Source: Eledone cirrhosa
Lineage: Eukaryota
Direction of reading: 5' to 3'
NCBI GenBank assembly: GCA_964016885.1
Contig: OZ024742.1
Location: forward strand, 125,674,001 to 125,738,000
Length of the DNA: 64,000 nt
Below, piece after piece: positions 38,198 through 52,628 of the stretch. The notes under the pieces were generated by a model. The model was not told the DNA's origin, did not search any database, and saw only the letters and a program-made list of their open reading frames with translations. Each line of letters begins with the position of its first letter. The stretch's first letter is position 1. The position numbers and the translations under genes were made by a program.

Positions 38198-39265
38198 AGC
38201 CTTATGCTATATACTATATACTCTATACTATTCCACCTTAAGTAGAAGGCACGCACTACTCCCGCCTTTGTAATGCAGCTAATAACCACTACAATGTCTG
38301 CTAGTCATGTTTGCCTTGCTCTATTGCTTTTCTATAAAACAATAGTGGTTTGGACGTCCGTATACCGTTCTCTTTTAAATAAATGTTAAAATGCTTTTCT
38401 CACTAATTTTGACAAGTGACAAACGAGTAGACATCAACGTCCATAAAACCCAGCAGCCAATTAACGAATGTCATCAAGTTGGAACAAGTTTTATTTCAAT
38501 GTTTTACTATTTCATTTTCTTTCATTTTTTTCCAATTGTATTTATTTCTTTATTTGTTTGTTTTTCTGTTGGGTTTTTATTGTTTTTCGTGTTTTACCTT
38601 TAGCGTTTGAGTGTGTGTGTGTTTGTGTAGATACATCGTGATTGTGTGTGTGTGCGTTTATGTATGGTATTTGTGTTTGTCTTTGTGTATGTTGTTTAAT
38701 ATGCTTGTGTGTTCGTTGTATGTGTTTATAAATGTCCCTTTTTCTGTATATGTGTGTGAGTGTGGTGTGTGTACGGTCTGTGTGCGTGAGGGTTGGTATT
38801 ATCAAGTGTGTACATGAGTTCATACATGTGTATGTGTATATATGTACGTACGCTTTTTGGGGGGTCTTTATGTCTTTTGTACGTGCTGTGTGCATATTTA
38901 TCTGTGTGGGGGTGCGTACGCGTATATATGTGTGTTTGTGTTTGTGTATGTGTTGTGTGTTGTGTGTTCTGTGCGTGTGCGTTTTTGTAGCATCCATTAG
39001 CGAATTCTATCGAAACCATTCTCTTGTCGCAACTCTGCTGATTGGTCTTAATCGATCTGCTTCTGGAAAACAAATTTTCAGTATCAGAATAGATGTGTCT
39101 TTCTGTAACACAACTACATACATACATTAATAGAAGGGCTGGCTGGCTGGTTTGTTGGCTGGTTTGTTGGTCTTGACAAATCTATATATAGATCGACAGA
39201 TAGATAGAGAGGTAGATAGCCAGAGAGAGACATACAGGCAGACACAGAGAGAGAGGGCGGGAGAC

Positions 39266-39351
<86 letters not shown>

Positions 39352-39354
<3 letters not shown>

Positions 39355-40041
39355 TGTGTCTTTTATTTGCCACCAGGGCATCAAAAGTGGGACAAGTACA
39401 ATGGGGGGAGTTTACAAAACAAGGCGTCCTCAATAGGGAGGAGGCAATAACAATATATACAAATAAAATCAAATATAACAAAAAATAAAATTATAACAAA
39501 ATCCTCAATAGAGAGGAGGTGCCTTGGGGGTTCGCACACACCCCCGAAAAAAGTGTGCAACCCTTCTCCTCAGGAGCACAGAGAGGAGGTGCTCCCTCGT
39601 TCCTTCCTCTTTTCCACCTACAGGCTTATGTAAAGAGAAGGCCCATTCATAGATAGATAGATAGATATATTTCTTTATTAGCCACAGGGGCACAAAAGAA
39701 GGGGACAAATACAAAGGGGGAAGTTTACATACAATAAAAACGTGTAAAATGTTATCACAGATGGAATTTAAAAGTTAGTCGATTTTCCCCAATAGAGGGA
39801 GACAGTTTATATGGGTAACACATACCCCCGAAAAAAAATGTGCAACCCTCATCTCCAGGAGTACGAAGAGCTTGTACTCCTTTCCTCTCCTCCTCCTTTT
39901 CCTCAACCTACAGGCTGATATAGAGAGAAGGCCCATTCACTCGGGCCATTCTCGCCACTTTCACCCACCTTTCATAAAACTTGCTGGGGTACAGCACCTC
40001 TCTCTCCATCCTGATTCTTCTTCCAAAGTGGTATTTGAAAA

Positions 40042-40045
<4 letters not shown>
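39352..40045 (-). mobile_element. Two tandem 5'-truncated Tx1 3' ends inside a (TATC)n tract
   Basis: FFKYHFGRRIRMEREVL..KFYERWVKVARMARVNGPSLYISL matches the ORF2 C-terminus of copies 1-3. Each unit ends GCCC.(T/G)GTGGC.AATAAA followed by (ATCT)n. Confidence 0.85.
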
Positions 40046-40132
<87 letters not shown>

Positions 40133-40296
40133 AACAAACAAACAGACAGACAGACTGACAGACAGACTGATAGATAGATAGTTAGATAGATAGATTGATG
40201 GGTGGATAAATAGATCGAGAGAGGGGGGAGATGGCTGGATAGATAGACAGACAGCTAGGTAGGTAGGGTGGTAGTTAGATAGATATAGATCGACAG

Positions 40297-40345
<49 letters not shown>

Positions 40346-40435
40346 CAAACAGACTGATACATATGAACATAAACATATACGTGCATACATAGATAAATAG
40401 GAAGATAGATAACAGATATAGATAGATAGAGAGAG

Positions 40436-40492
<57 letters not shown>

Positions 40493-41600
40493 CAAACAGA
40501 CAGATACATACATACTTACATAGACAAATAGATACATAGAAAGAAAGATACAGGGAGAGAGAAAGAGAGAGAGAGAATGATGCATTGATGGAAACATATA
40601 TAATGACAGAGAGGGATGTTATTGGTGAGATATAACAAAAGTGATGGGTAGAGTCAAACGGATATTTCGATAAACAAAACATGTCGAGGGCGGAATACTC
40701 AATCACTATAAACAATGCCACCTAAAAGGTTGTTAAAAAATGTTTCGATGAAGAAATATCATTGTAAGCATTTATTATCGTGTCTCAGTATATCTGTAAT
40801 TTTGCTCGGTTAGTATCCCATAATTAGGAATCATTAAGAGTAAAATTGAGTTCAGAGGTATTCACAACATAATCGGTATGCTTTCTGAGAAAATTGAAAT
40901 GTCAATTTTGTGAAATTTGTAAAATTTGTACCATTATCTCCGTAATGTTACTGTTACATTTGATACTACTTAAGTTGTTGATATAACAGATGATGTGTAT
41001 GCTGTTATTTTGACGAAGTTTACAGGCAATTCACACTAATTCCTCACAGCACAAACTTTTCTCAATTACTTGGTGTTAAGGAGCTAAAAATGTATGAATG
41101 TACCAAGACTAATCATTGCATTTAACAACATAGCAGCAATTCAGACGAGAATAGTGTTAATATTTAAAATTTGCACGCGTCTTCAGCTATATACGTCAAC
41201 CAATTCTTCTATTTTTACCGACTTAGAGAGAAAGACTTTAATGCTTTCATCCTCATCTCAAGTATAGAAAGATTTCTCAAAGTAAATTTAAGAAATTTAG
41301 ATTTACTTAACTAGATCCAAACATAATTATTTATTACTTTTCTCGTCGGCAACACAACATAAAGTCAATTATCTTTGCTGAATATATTTAATGCAAAGCC
41401 AGAGTTGATATATGAATGTATGTAAGTATGTATGTAAGTATTTATGTAAGTATCTATGTATGAAAGTATGTATGTATGTTTGTATCTGTGTGAATGTATT
41501 ATATATTACGTAGTCAATTGTATGCAATCAAATCTGATTTCATATATATATATATAAATACGAGTTTACAATCTGGAAAAGTGTGAATATATATAGTGGG

Positions 41601-41681
<81 letters not shown>

Positions 41682-41707
41682 TATATATATAGAGAGAGAG
41701 AGAGAGG

Positions 41708-41741
<34 letters not shown>

Positions 41742-41762
41742 TAGAGAGAGGGAGAGAGAGAG

Positions 41763-41837
<75 letters not shown>

Positions 41838-42223
41838 ATCATATCCGAAGAAAGAATTGTAAGTCAGAAGGTGGCCATTAAAATATGTATTATGTAAGAC
41901 AGACGTATTTCCAAAAAGTAAGACATCGCTTTGAGACGAACTATACTTATCATAAATATGAGAATGAATTATTGTATCCCTTCTCCACAATAATGAAATT
42001 TAAGCTGTATATAATAGCTTTTGGAGTAAGTGTCTTTCTATCACGTATGAACATATTTTATATAGGAATAGTTTCACTACTACTGTTGGGGAATAACGTT
42101 TCTTTCTTGTCTCCATCTGAATACAAATGTCTAGGTGTCCTGCTTATAAATTACATTAATATAATTCCGATGTGCATATATAAAAGCATGTGTGTGTAGG
42201 AAGGAGGCAGGTGTAATTGCACA

Positions 42224-42346
<123 letters not shown>

Positions 42347-42350
42347 GTAC

Positions 42351-42529
42351 GTTATTCCAGGTTGAATCGGAGGTAACCACAGTAAGTAAGGTACTCAATA
42401 CATTGCAGAGTATAAAAGTTTTAATATAGATGAGATTCTATAGGACTAGAACTGTTTCATTCTTTAGAAATCATCAGGATTCCTGATGATTTCTAAAGAA
42501 TGAATCAGTTCTAGTCCTGTAGAATCTCA

Positions 42530-42536
<7 letters not shown>
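42351..42536. mobile_element. Solo Penelope pseudo-LTR fragment folded into a palindrome of two hammerhead copies
   Basis: 42351-42479 matches 57620-57746. 42424-42479 and 42481-42536 form an inverted repeat with two mismatches. Embedded in (TA)n. Confidence 0.85.
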
Positions 42537-42612
<76 letters not shown>

Positions 42613-43064
42613 ATATGTATATATGTATATATGTGTGTGTGTGTGCCTGTGTGTGCGTGCCTGTGTGCGCCCGCACCTGAGAGCGTGCACGTGTGCATGT
42701 GGGTGGCATGCGTCAGTGGATATTTATGTGTGTGTATGTGTGTGAGTGTACGAATGGGGAAGGAGCTAGCATGCATGATTGCACATATATATGTATGTGT
42801 CTGTATATATATGTATGTGTGTGTTACGACGACTAGTTTTCCTGCTAATTCGATCAATCGAAAATCTTGCTCTTGAAATTAACATGCAAATAGCTGAGTA
42901 TCCCATAGCCATGTGTACTCTTAACATAGTTCTCAAGGAGATGCTGCGTGATATATGGTGTGACAAACCCGGCCCGTTGAATTACAGAGGCATTTCATTT
43001 TTGCCAGCTGAATGGATTGGAGTAAGCTAAAATAAAGTGTCTTGCTCAAAGAAATAACACACGC

Positions 43065-44700
43065 TCTCTATTCTATTCTAGTAGTCAAAACAACATGACT
43101 ACACTCCTTCTCGATTCATTCCTATCCATTGCACATTGATATATTTCATCTACGCTAAGACCACTGGAGTCTTATATGTTTTTACATGTTAAGCATGATT
43201 GACCTATGTGGCTTTGGCCTTGTATAGAAGTGTATAAGGCATAGCGGTGGGCTGAAAAGCCCACAAAGATCAGGCAGTTGGTTGCTGATGAGTATGTTTT
43301 TATGGTTGCCAGATCTCTTCATTTCTTGCTCTACATGTTAGTTTGACAGCCATCATCCTACTGTAGTAGCTGGTGACAAATGAGTGTAACTGTTTTTTAT
43401 CATGGTGGAGTTCAGAGTCCATGGTTCTGCTCCAGGGAGAACTATGTAGATGATTAAAGAATCGAACTTTTGTAACTTGAGCTGAAGAGAGTTTGTGTTG
43501 GACGTCCAAACCATTTGTAAATTCCATAAATTGTTCCATTGTTCCAGGCAAAGGCACACCTTTGACGAATATCGTCTAAGGATGACGTAATGCGGGCTCC
43601 TAATTATTTGAAGTCTGTTATGATTTACATATTTGCTATACCGGGTGGTGGGTGTCCGGTAAGGGTGTAATATTTATGCATGGCCTTAGGGTTTTCTTTG
43701 GGTTACTTCTAAAGCCAACATGGGAAGCAGTCTGTTGTATGAGATGGCCTGCTACAACAGCTTCTGTCGATTTGAATAAGGTAATGCCGCCTGCAAAGTC
43801 CAAATTGGGTAGAATATCTTCAGGTTTATTTCTGGATGCGTTTTCAATGCATGGTTGGAGATTGTCTGTTTTAGAACATAGTCAAGTACGACAATAAAAA
43901 GGAATGGCGCAAGTGTGTCCACAATTGTGTTGGTGGTGCGCCTTTGACTCATGTGATTGTCAAGACAGAAACGGCTGGTGCTGTTGAAGTAATTTAAAGC
44001 AATAGCATCCACAATTTTGGAAGAGATTCCATTGTGTTGTAGTATTTCACACATGATATTTCTTTTGATACAGTGAGAAGCCATGCTGAAATCTACAAAG
44101 GTGGTATTAGATAGCGTCTATTACCTTTCACGGCAAATGTATTTGCTCTAGACAAATTCGCCTCTTGCGAAATCCCGCTTGGTAAGATCAAAAGATTAAT
44201 GGTTCGTAGATGCGATTCTGGAGCATTCTGTTGAATAATTTTCCAGCGATTGATATCTGTGATATTCTTCAGACGTCTTTCATATTCTTTGATGGCTTCT
44301 TTGAAATAGGTAAGATAATATTTTCTCTCCATTGCTATGGAACTTTTTTATTTATTTATTTATTTTTTTTTTTTTTTATTTGAGAACAAGTTTTGTAATT
44401 TCATGGATTGCGGAATGGAGTTATTCATCCTCATGGGCAGATTGGGCAATTTCTTGAAATTTGTTGGTTTTTTATAGATTTAGTTGCTGTAAGAAGTTCC
44501 ATTGTAGTGAAGTTAGACATGTTGATATCCAAGTCCACAGCCTCTTTGGGGATGTTTAATACAACAGCAGATGTGCTTTCATTTTACAAGACAAATACTT
44601 TCCCCACTCTTGTAATTGTTCAGTTTTATCTGAAGGAGGTTCTCCATTTCTTTTATTCAATATTGATGCAGTATTAGCCAATGGTTTTCCGGAGATGTTA
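43065..44700 (-). mobile_element. Degenerate RTE-like LINE with (TAGAA)n tail
   Basis: Minus strand EILQHNGISSKIVDAI...DTLAPFLFIVVLDYVLKQ. The tail TAGAATAGAATAGAG is like the one at 54090. Confidence 0.7.
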
Positions 44701-44856
44701 CACGTGTTTCAGAAGATATTGCTTGACTGGTTTACTCATGCGTCTTGTTCTACATCAGTGCACATGTGTTGTACGCTGGGGGTCTTGCGTGATTTTCGTG
44801 TTGCTCTTAGATTGATTAAACTGATCACAACTACACACCTTAAGAATTCAATTTTT

Positions 44857-45068
44857 GAATACAGCAGATATCTTCCAGAAGACGATAAACAGAATGAGAG
44901 ACTGGAAGTGAGAGACAGAGAGACAGTCTAGACTGACACTTATTGATATTGACCTCCAATGGATGCAAGTTGACTTCCGCGGGATTTGAACTCAAAACGA
45001 AGAGAGCCCGAATGAACCCCGCAAAGCATTCTATCTAACGTTCTAATGGCTCTGCCAATTCGCTGCCT
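44857..45068 (-). mobile_element. SINE, head-to-head with the next copy
   Basis: Reverse complement GGCAGCGAATTGGCAGAG...GAGTTCAAATCCCGCGG (A and B boxes). Confidence 0.7.
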
Positions 45069-45117
45069 ATGTAAATACTTTATATACAGATATATATTTA
45101 TACATAGATACATATAC

Positions 45118-45420
45118 GTCGGATAGAATGCTTTGTGGTATTGGTTCTGGCTCTCTGCTCCTTGAAGTCAACTTTGCCTTTCTTCCTTTTGGGGTCGATA
45201 GAAAAAAAATACCAGTCTATCCCTGGGAACTATTCTTCCTCTATATTTCTTTCTCACTCCCATTCTCTCATTCTCTCTAACCTTCTCTGCAAGAAATCTG
45301 CTGTGTTCAGACTTATAGAGGGGTGGACTCCACCAGGCTTACGAAAATTCCCAAGAAGTGTCGTATGCCACTACAACACCCCTAAGAATCCCTCAGGAGT
45401 TACGGGACAATACCATACAT
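45118..45420 (+). mobile_element. 5'-truncated SINE with composite 3' extension
   Basis: Collinear with 35690-35990. Confidence 0.7.
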
Positions 45421-46057
45421 GCTGAAAATGCATGCAGTGGAATCAGATTCTAATCCCCATAATTAAAAATGGAACTCAACCACAAAGTCATGTCTGTCCC
45501 CACTTTTTAACAACTTAAAGATGCATGCCAGATATATTATTTCAAATTTTTCAACACTAAAGTTGTTGCTATTTAAAACAATTCTCCACCAATGTCAAGT
45601 TTTCTTTTTTGTGTCTCTGTGTTCGATAAATTGTGGCAACTGCTATAAATTACTGTCAATTTAATCGAACATATTTCTTCGTTTCACAAATTGGATTTTA
45701 AAAAGAACTTATTGATTATTAGATCAAATAAGAAATTAATTTTTAAAAAGCATAAAATATTTTAAATGTGGATCATCGGTAATTATTCTATACTATTTAA
45801 TATTATTATTTATATATGGGCGCGTGTGTGTAAATATAAAGAAGTTCATATGTATTCACATGTACAAATAGCTCAAATGGGCAAAAAATGCAGAAAAAAA
45901 CGAATTAAAATCCTAGCGATAATTGTAAGCGATTCTGAAAGGAAAGGGGATAATGCTTTTGAAACCAACAATACATATCTTGAATAAATTTACATTCATA
46001 GGAATAGATTAGTTTAATCTTTGTTTATAGCCAACTGACTGGTATGGTTTCTGATTT

Positions 46058-46260
46058 AAGTACAAGGCCAACAATTTTAGGGTATGGAAAAGTCGATTAA
46101 ATTGACCGCAGTGCATTACTGGTTCTTTAGTTTATCGACCCCGTAAGAATGAAAGGCAAAGCTAATCTCCGCGGGATTTGAACTCAGAACGTAAAAGGTC
46201 GTAACTTTATGCCGCAATGCTTGTTGACCGACACTCTACTGATACTGCCAATCCACCGCG
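46058..46260 (-). mobile_element. tRNA-derived SINE (10306 family, long form)
   Basis: Reverse complement GCGGTGGATTGGCAGTATCAGTAGAG...GAGTTCAAATCCCGCGG...CTTTGCCTTTCATTCTTACGGGGTCGATAAA. Confidence 0.85.
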
Positions 46261-47184
46261 TAGGAAACGGACTAATATGGACATATATTTCGGCTTATAA
46301 GAGCTCTTCTAGTACAATAAACTCAACCCTGCATGTTTAAGTCGTTACACAGAAAGATAGTTACAACTGTCAACTTGGAGGTTTATCGTTTGACGATAGA
46401 TGTAAATATATCGATCTGTTTGCGGAGATATTGGGCAAGTTTGCAAATTTGAAATCTGCCTTCCACTGACCAGTTATATTTCTATGGCTAAAATCCTATT
46501 TTGTATGGCTACACCCACCACTACCCTTTATCGCCTTCTTCTTCCACACAGCCCCACCTAATGCCATCCTATATCAATTTCCCCTTCTCAATTAAATCTT
46601 CATTTTCCCACCCCAGGTCTTCCTTGTTTATACTCTGCCTGCCATTGAAACGCTATTTCTTGTATGATGACCCTGTGATAATCAAGCGAAACACCAGTGT
46701 AACAAGACTCGCTTTTAGAAATGAATATATATATATAAAGAGAGGGAGAGAGAGAGACCTTTTTTATTATATCCACAACATTTCACATTTTAAAATAGAA
46801 AGCATATATTAACCTGCTTATAGATTGAATTTTTCTCATGTTTTGACAACCAAATCCGAATCAGTTCAAGCGGAGTCTTTTCATTTATTTTCTCCTCTGT
46901 GTTTTTACTTTCTCCTGATTCCTTTTCAGTCTTTTGTCTCGTTCATTTTCCCGATACTATGAGATCAATGGTGACGAAAGCTGGATGATGAGATGTAGTA
47001 GAAGGTGTACTCCTGAAGCCTAAAGCATGCAACAAATAATAGCTAATTTACCGAGGCATCAAATATTCTTTGTCTGATCAACTTTATTTAGACCCTGTGT
47101 CTCTCATCCTATATGATAAGAGGAATAGAAATGACTTCTAAAATGCCTCAATCTAATTGGGAATCCGTGTCGACGAAATACAAC

Positions 47185-49320
47185 CATTATGGTATTTGGA
47201 ATGTTAGGACTTTACAGAGACATAAAACTTCTGGGAAATCTGAATGATGAACGGCTCCTGTCACACGGAGACTTCCAATGTTGAACATAAACGATACGAT
47301 ATCAAGGAAAACTAAAATACGTCTTGGGAGAAACCCGATTGAGAATAGTGCAAATTATATATTATTTTGAAAAAGAATGTCAGCTTTATACATGAGGTTG
47401 AGTCCACCATAAATACAATTTAGGTATAGAAATTCAATATTTTATATATCTCATTAAGCGAATATATTATTCATCCTCGAATTCATATCTTAAACAATCA
47501 CTTTTTACTGACTTCAGTGTTTATATTCCAGCTCTTGTAGATAATAAGGAATACTAAGCCACTTTCCACCTATCTCATGCACTTGGTATAAACATATTTG
47601 AGGACTTTGAAGTTAATGATGGCAAAACAACGAATTATGTCAGAGATATGACTAGAAGATATGGGATATAAGCATGAAATGGAAATGAACTTTTACTTTT
47701 CAAACTTCGTTAGGAGCTTGAATTCATTATAAATAATAGTGTTTTCCCCGAAAACACAAATACAAAACTATGTGCATGGTTCTCTGTTTAAAGCATTAGC
47801 ATCAAATTAATTTTGTCCTTATACGGAGACGAAGTATATCAACTGCGCAGCAAATTAGATTAATGTGATCTGCTTAAGCGACTCATCACAGAATGGTACT
47901 AATGTAATTAAAAATTAAAATAAATGATCACTCAAACCCTAGCATAATGTTACAGTGAAGAGATTAAACGCTAAACATTTTCAAGGTCTTAATATAAAAA
48001 ATTATTATCGTACCAATATTATCAAAAATGTTTGTCATCGAACAATTTGTGTGATCTCGATTGAGGCATCCTTACGACAGCAGGTTTTGACAAAGCAGAG
48101 GATACGATTGGCTCATATCATAGATAGCAACCAACCCGATCGATTTGATGAAATGATCACGCAGTAAAAGCTATAATTGCAGAAAAGTGAAAAGCTAAAT
48201 TTGACAAAGAAAACAATCCAAATTCTGAAGTCAAAACAGCGTTTATCGTGAAATCAAGTCAGCAACACAGAGAAGACTTAGAAATATACAGAATCAATGG
48301 GGGATTGATAAAGCCAGTGAAATACAAAACTACGTGAGAGCCACTCAAGAGATGTCTTTGCTTTTATAAGAAAGGTCTCTAGGAACACAAAAATGGAAAC
48401 GATGCTAATTAAATCTGCTGACGGAAATCTCACTCTAATTGAAAAAAAAGCTATACTGAAGAAATGGCAAGAACACTTGTTAAATGCACTTACTCGCCCA
48501 TTAAACGTATAAATGAATGTATTCACAATATTCTAGACTAAAATGTTTGTATTCACCTGGATATCTATCCTCGCTGCAACATTTTGGAGGTCTCAAACGC
48601 ATGAAACAAGAAATCTCCAAGGCCAGATCAAATTCCAGCGGTACGTATTAAAGCGGTAAGTCAAATCTTCTTCTCTAGGATTCACTAACATAAGCGTTGA
48701 GAGGTCTCTCCAATTTCCAGCCCGGCTGAGTATGTGACAACCTCTCTAATGCTGATGCTACAATAAAATACACACAATACACCCTGTTAAATGATTGTGT
48801 TTGTATGACAGCCGACTCTAAAGTATAAATCATACCAAATATGTGACATCGTGAACAAGATGAAATCATTCAGACCTGGCTTGTCTCGGACAATGACAAC
48901 CGTTCCAGCCCATACCAGGGTGGAAAGTGGGTTTAAAATAATAATGATGATGATGACGAAGATGATGATGATCATCATTACGTTATGAGTAGGAGGAGGG
49001 GGATTCTCTGTATATGCCAAAAGTATCTACAAATATCATATTAGATAACAATATTAAAACAGGAAAACTTGTATACTAGAAATTACTATTGAAATTATCC
49101 TTTCCCATTGCTAGTAAAATTCCTGCTAAATTCTTCTTGCTAGAATGGTTCTCATTACAGAACGAAACCTTCCTGAAAGTCAATGTTGATTTTGGCTTGA
49201 TCGTAGGGGAACGATTGAATTAATTTATCTTTTCCTTAAAACAGATACTGGTAATGTACAAAAGTTTGTATAATTCTCTGTATAGAATTTTTTTCTACAA
49301 AACATTTGACCGAACAAAAC
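47185..49320 (+). mobile_element. Very old RTE-like LINE (APE and RT remnants), interrupted near 48665-48975
   Basis: GIWNVRTL at ~47191 (APE start) and RNLPESQC.F...RGTIE near 49160-49220 (RT). Many stops. Confidence 0.5.
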
Positions 49321-49538
49321 TATTGAAGCTGAGATGATATACCACCAGCTGCCACGTGTTGGCATTCCTTTCTCTGCTCACTTTCTATTATTCTATTTCG
49401 TCTTTTATTTCTCGTTCTTTTTTTCTGATGAAAGACTAGTGTCCGAAGAGTAACTACACTTTTACTACAATATGAAGCGTTAGAATAATATATTTATTCA
49501 TTGTATTGTGTTGTTTGCTTTATTGCTTACGTTTACTT

Positions 49539-49683
<145 letters not shown>

Positions 49684-50128
49684 AAAGAAACCACTGGTAA
49701 ATGAAATAGTTATATTATGTTGTTTATTACATAACTATATATATATATATACAAACGAGCAACGATGGTTGCTAGACACTGTACGGCTTAATTCAGGATG
49801 TTTGTTTACAAACACACCGAGCATTATAATAAATGTTCGGTGAATCCATACATACATATATATATGTGTGCATGTATGTATATATATATATATATATACA
49901 TACTACTGTACGTCTGTATACATATATGTATGTACGTGTACATACTTATATTTAAGTAACAGCCGTACTAAGAGTGGGAGATGAAATTTCGTTTCATTTT
50001 TTCCGTTTATCGTTTTCGGTGCACCCGGCCGATTAACCCACTCGATATGCAAATTAGGCTGCTCAGGCGTTAATATGCATAAGGAAAGTATATACTTTCA
50101 GACGTTCAACCATCTGGCAGAAAGGTAT

Positions 50129-50171
50129 ACGTTGCTGACGATAGCTAATAAGCTTGAAACAAGTACAGCGT
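50129..50171 (+). ncRNA. Minimal type I hammerhead ribozyme
   Basis: ACGTTG-CTGACGA-T-AGC(TAATAA)GCT-T-GAAA-C(AA)G-TA-CAGCGT: stem I, catalytic core, stem II, 1-bp stem III, GUA cleavage triplet. Confidence 0.85.
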
Positions 50172-50854
50172 TCCTTTGTCAGTGTTGAATAAACGAGCAA
50201 CGATGGTTGCTAGACACTACGGCTTAATACGGGTTGTTTGTTTACAAACACACCGAGCATTATAATAAATGTTCGGTGAATCCATACGTACATATATATA
50301 TGCGTGCATGTATTTATATATATATGCATACTACTGTACGTCTGTATACATACATGTATGTACGTGTACATACTTATATTTAAGTAACAGCCGTACTAAG
50401 AGTGGGAAATGAAATTTCGTTTCATTTTTTTTCGTTTATAAGAAAGCTTGAAACTAGTACAGTGTTCCTTTGTCAGTGTTGAACAAATGAGCAACGATGG
50501 TTGCTAGACACTGTACGGCGTAATTCGGGATGCTTGTTTACAAACACACCGAGCATTATAATAAATGTTCGGTGAATCCATACGTACATATAATAATATG
50601 TGTGCATGTATGTATATATATATATACATACTACTGTACGTCTGTATACATATATGTATGTACGTATACATAATTATATTTAAGTAACAGCCGTACTAAG
50701 AGTAAGAATGAAATTTGGTTTCATTTTTTCCGTTTATCGTTTTCGGTACCCCGGCCGATTAACTCACTCGATATGCAAATTAGGCTGCTCAGCCGTTAAT
50801 ATGCATAAGGAAAGTTTATACTTTCAGCCGTTCAACCATCTGGCAGGAGGGTAT

Positions 50855-50897
50855 ACGTTGCTGACGATAGATAATAAGCTTGAAACTAGTACAGCGT
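50855..50897 (+). ncRNA. Minimal type I hammerhead ribozyme, second copy
   Basis: ACGTTG-CTGACGA-TAGATAATAAGCTT-GAAA-CTAG-TA-CAGCGT; palindromic CTAG stem/loop III; one mismatch in stem II. Confidence 0.78.
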
Positions 50898-51129
50898 GCC
50901 TTTGTCAGTGTTGAACAAATGAGCAACGATGGTTGCTAGACACTGTACGGCTTAATACGGGTTGTTTGCTTACAAACACACCGAGCATTAAAATAAATGT
51001 TCGGTGAATCCATACGTACGTATATATATATATGTGTGCATGTATATATATATATATATGCATGTTAGTGTACGTCTGTATACGTATAAGTGTGTACGTA
51101 TACATACTCATATTTATATATATATAATA

Positions 51130-51186
<57 letters not shown>

Positions 51187-51196
51187 GTATATATAT

Positions 51197-51261
<65 letters not shown>

Positions 51262-51281
51262 CACACACACATATACACACA

Positions 51282-51360
<79 letters not shown>

Positions 51361-51413
51361 GTAAGTGTGTATGTATACGTACATACATATATGTATACAG
51401 ACGTACAGTAGCA

Positions 51414-51474
<61 letters not shown>

Positions 51475-52048
51475 GCATACAGGTACACATACATATATGC
51501 ACGCATCAGTTTAGCCGAGTATATATATATACATATACATATACATATATATATACATATATATACATATATATATACATATACACACGCAGAAATACAT
51601 ATATATATATACATATATATATATACAGACAAATATACACACGCACACAAATGCACAATATATATACACATATACACACATAAATACAGACACATACACA
51701 CACACATACATGCATTCATATACACCACATATATACACATAAAAGTATACATACATAAACATATATACATACATGTACACATACAGACACATATAAATGT
51801 ATACATACAAACACACATATATATACAAACACATATATATACAAACACATACATATATACACAAACACATACACATATATATATACATATATATATATAC
51901 ATATATACATATATATATACATACACACATACATACACATGCATTCATACATACACATATATACATATATATATATAAACACACATATATATATATACAT
52001 ATACATGTATATATACACATATACATATATACGCATACATACATATAC

Positions 52049-52079
<31 letters not shown>

Positions 52080-52109
52080 TAAACATGTATACACATATAT
52101 ACTCATATA

Positions 52110-52161
<52 letters not shown>

Positions 52162-52400
52162 CATATATATAGAGAGAGAGAGAGACATATATATACGTAT
52201 ATGCACACATACATACACACATAGATATACACACATACATATATATATATGTGTGTATGTGTGTATATATATATACATATACACATGTGTGTGTATATAT
52301 ATATATATATACGCACACATACACATATATATACATATATATACATACACATACATATATATACATATATATACATATATACATATATATATATATACAC

Positions 52401-52433
<33 letters not shown>

Positions 52434-52519
52434 CATATACACACATATACACATATATATATACATATATATATATACATATACATATATACATATATAC
52501 ATACGTATACATATAATAT

Positions 52520-52560
<41 letters not shown>

Positions 52561-52583
52561 TATATAGATATATACACACACAC

Positions 52584-52628
<45 letters not shown>

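Larger units (their letters stand above)
49752..51095 (+). repeat. Tandem ~438-bp hammerhead-containing repeat (retrozyme/PLE-like): 2 full, 1 deleted and 1 partial unit
   Basis: Units start AAA(C/T)GAGCAACGATGGTTGCTAGACAC at ~49752, 50191, 50485 and 50917. An inverted fragment lies at ~51362-51417. Confidence 0.9.

Noticed and set aside
49420-49460. CTGATGA-AAGACTAGTGTCC-GAAG possible hammerhead
   Set aside because: GAAA core is mutated and stems I and III are not formed; at best a decayed remnant.
49752-51095. CRISPR-like array interpretation of the tandem repeat
   Set aside because: Eukaryotic context, whole units are repeated with no unique spacers, and there are no cas genes.
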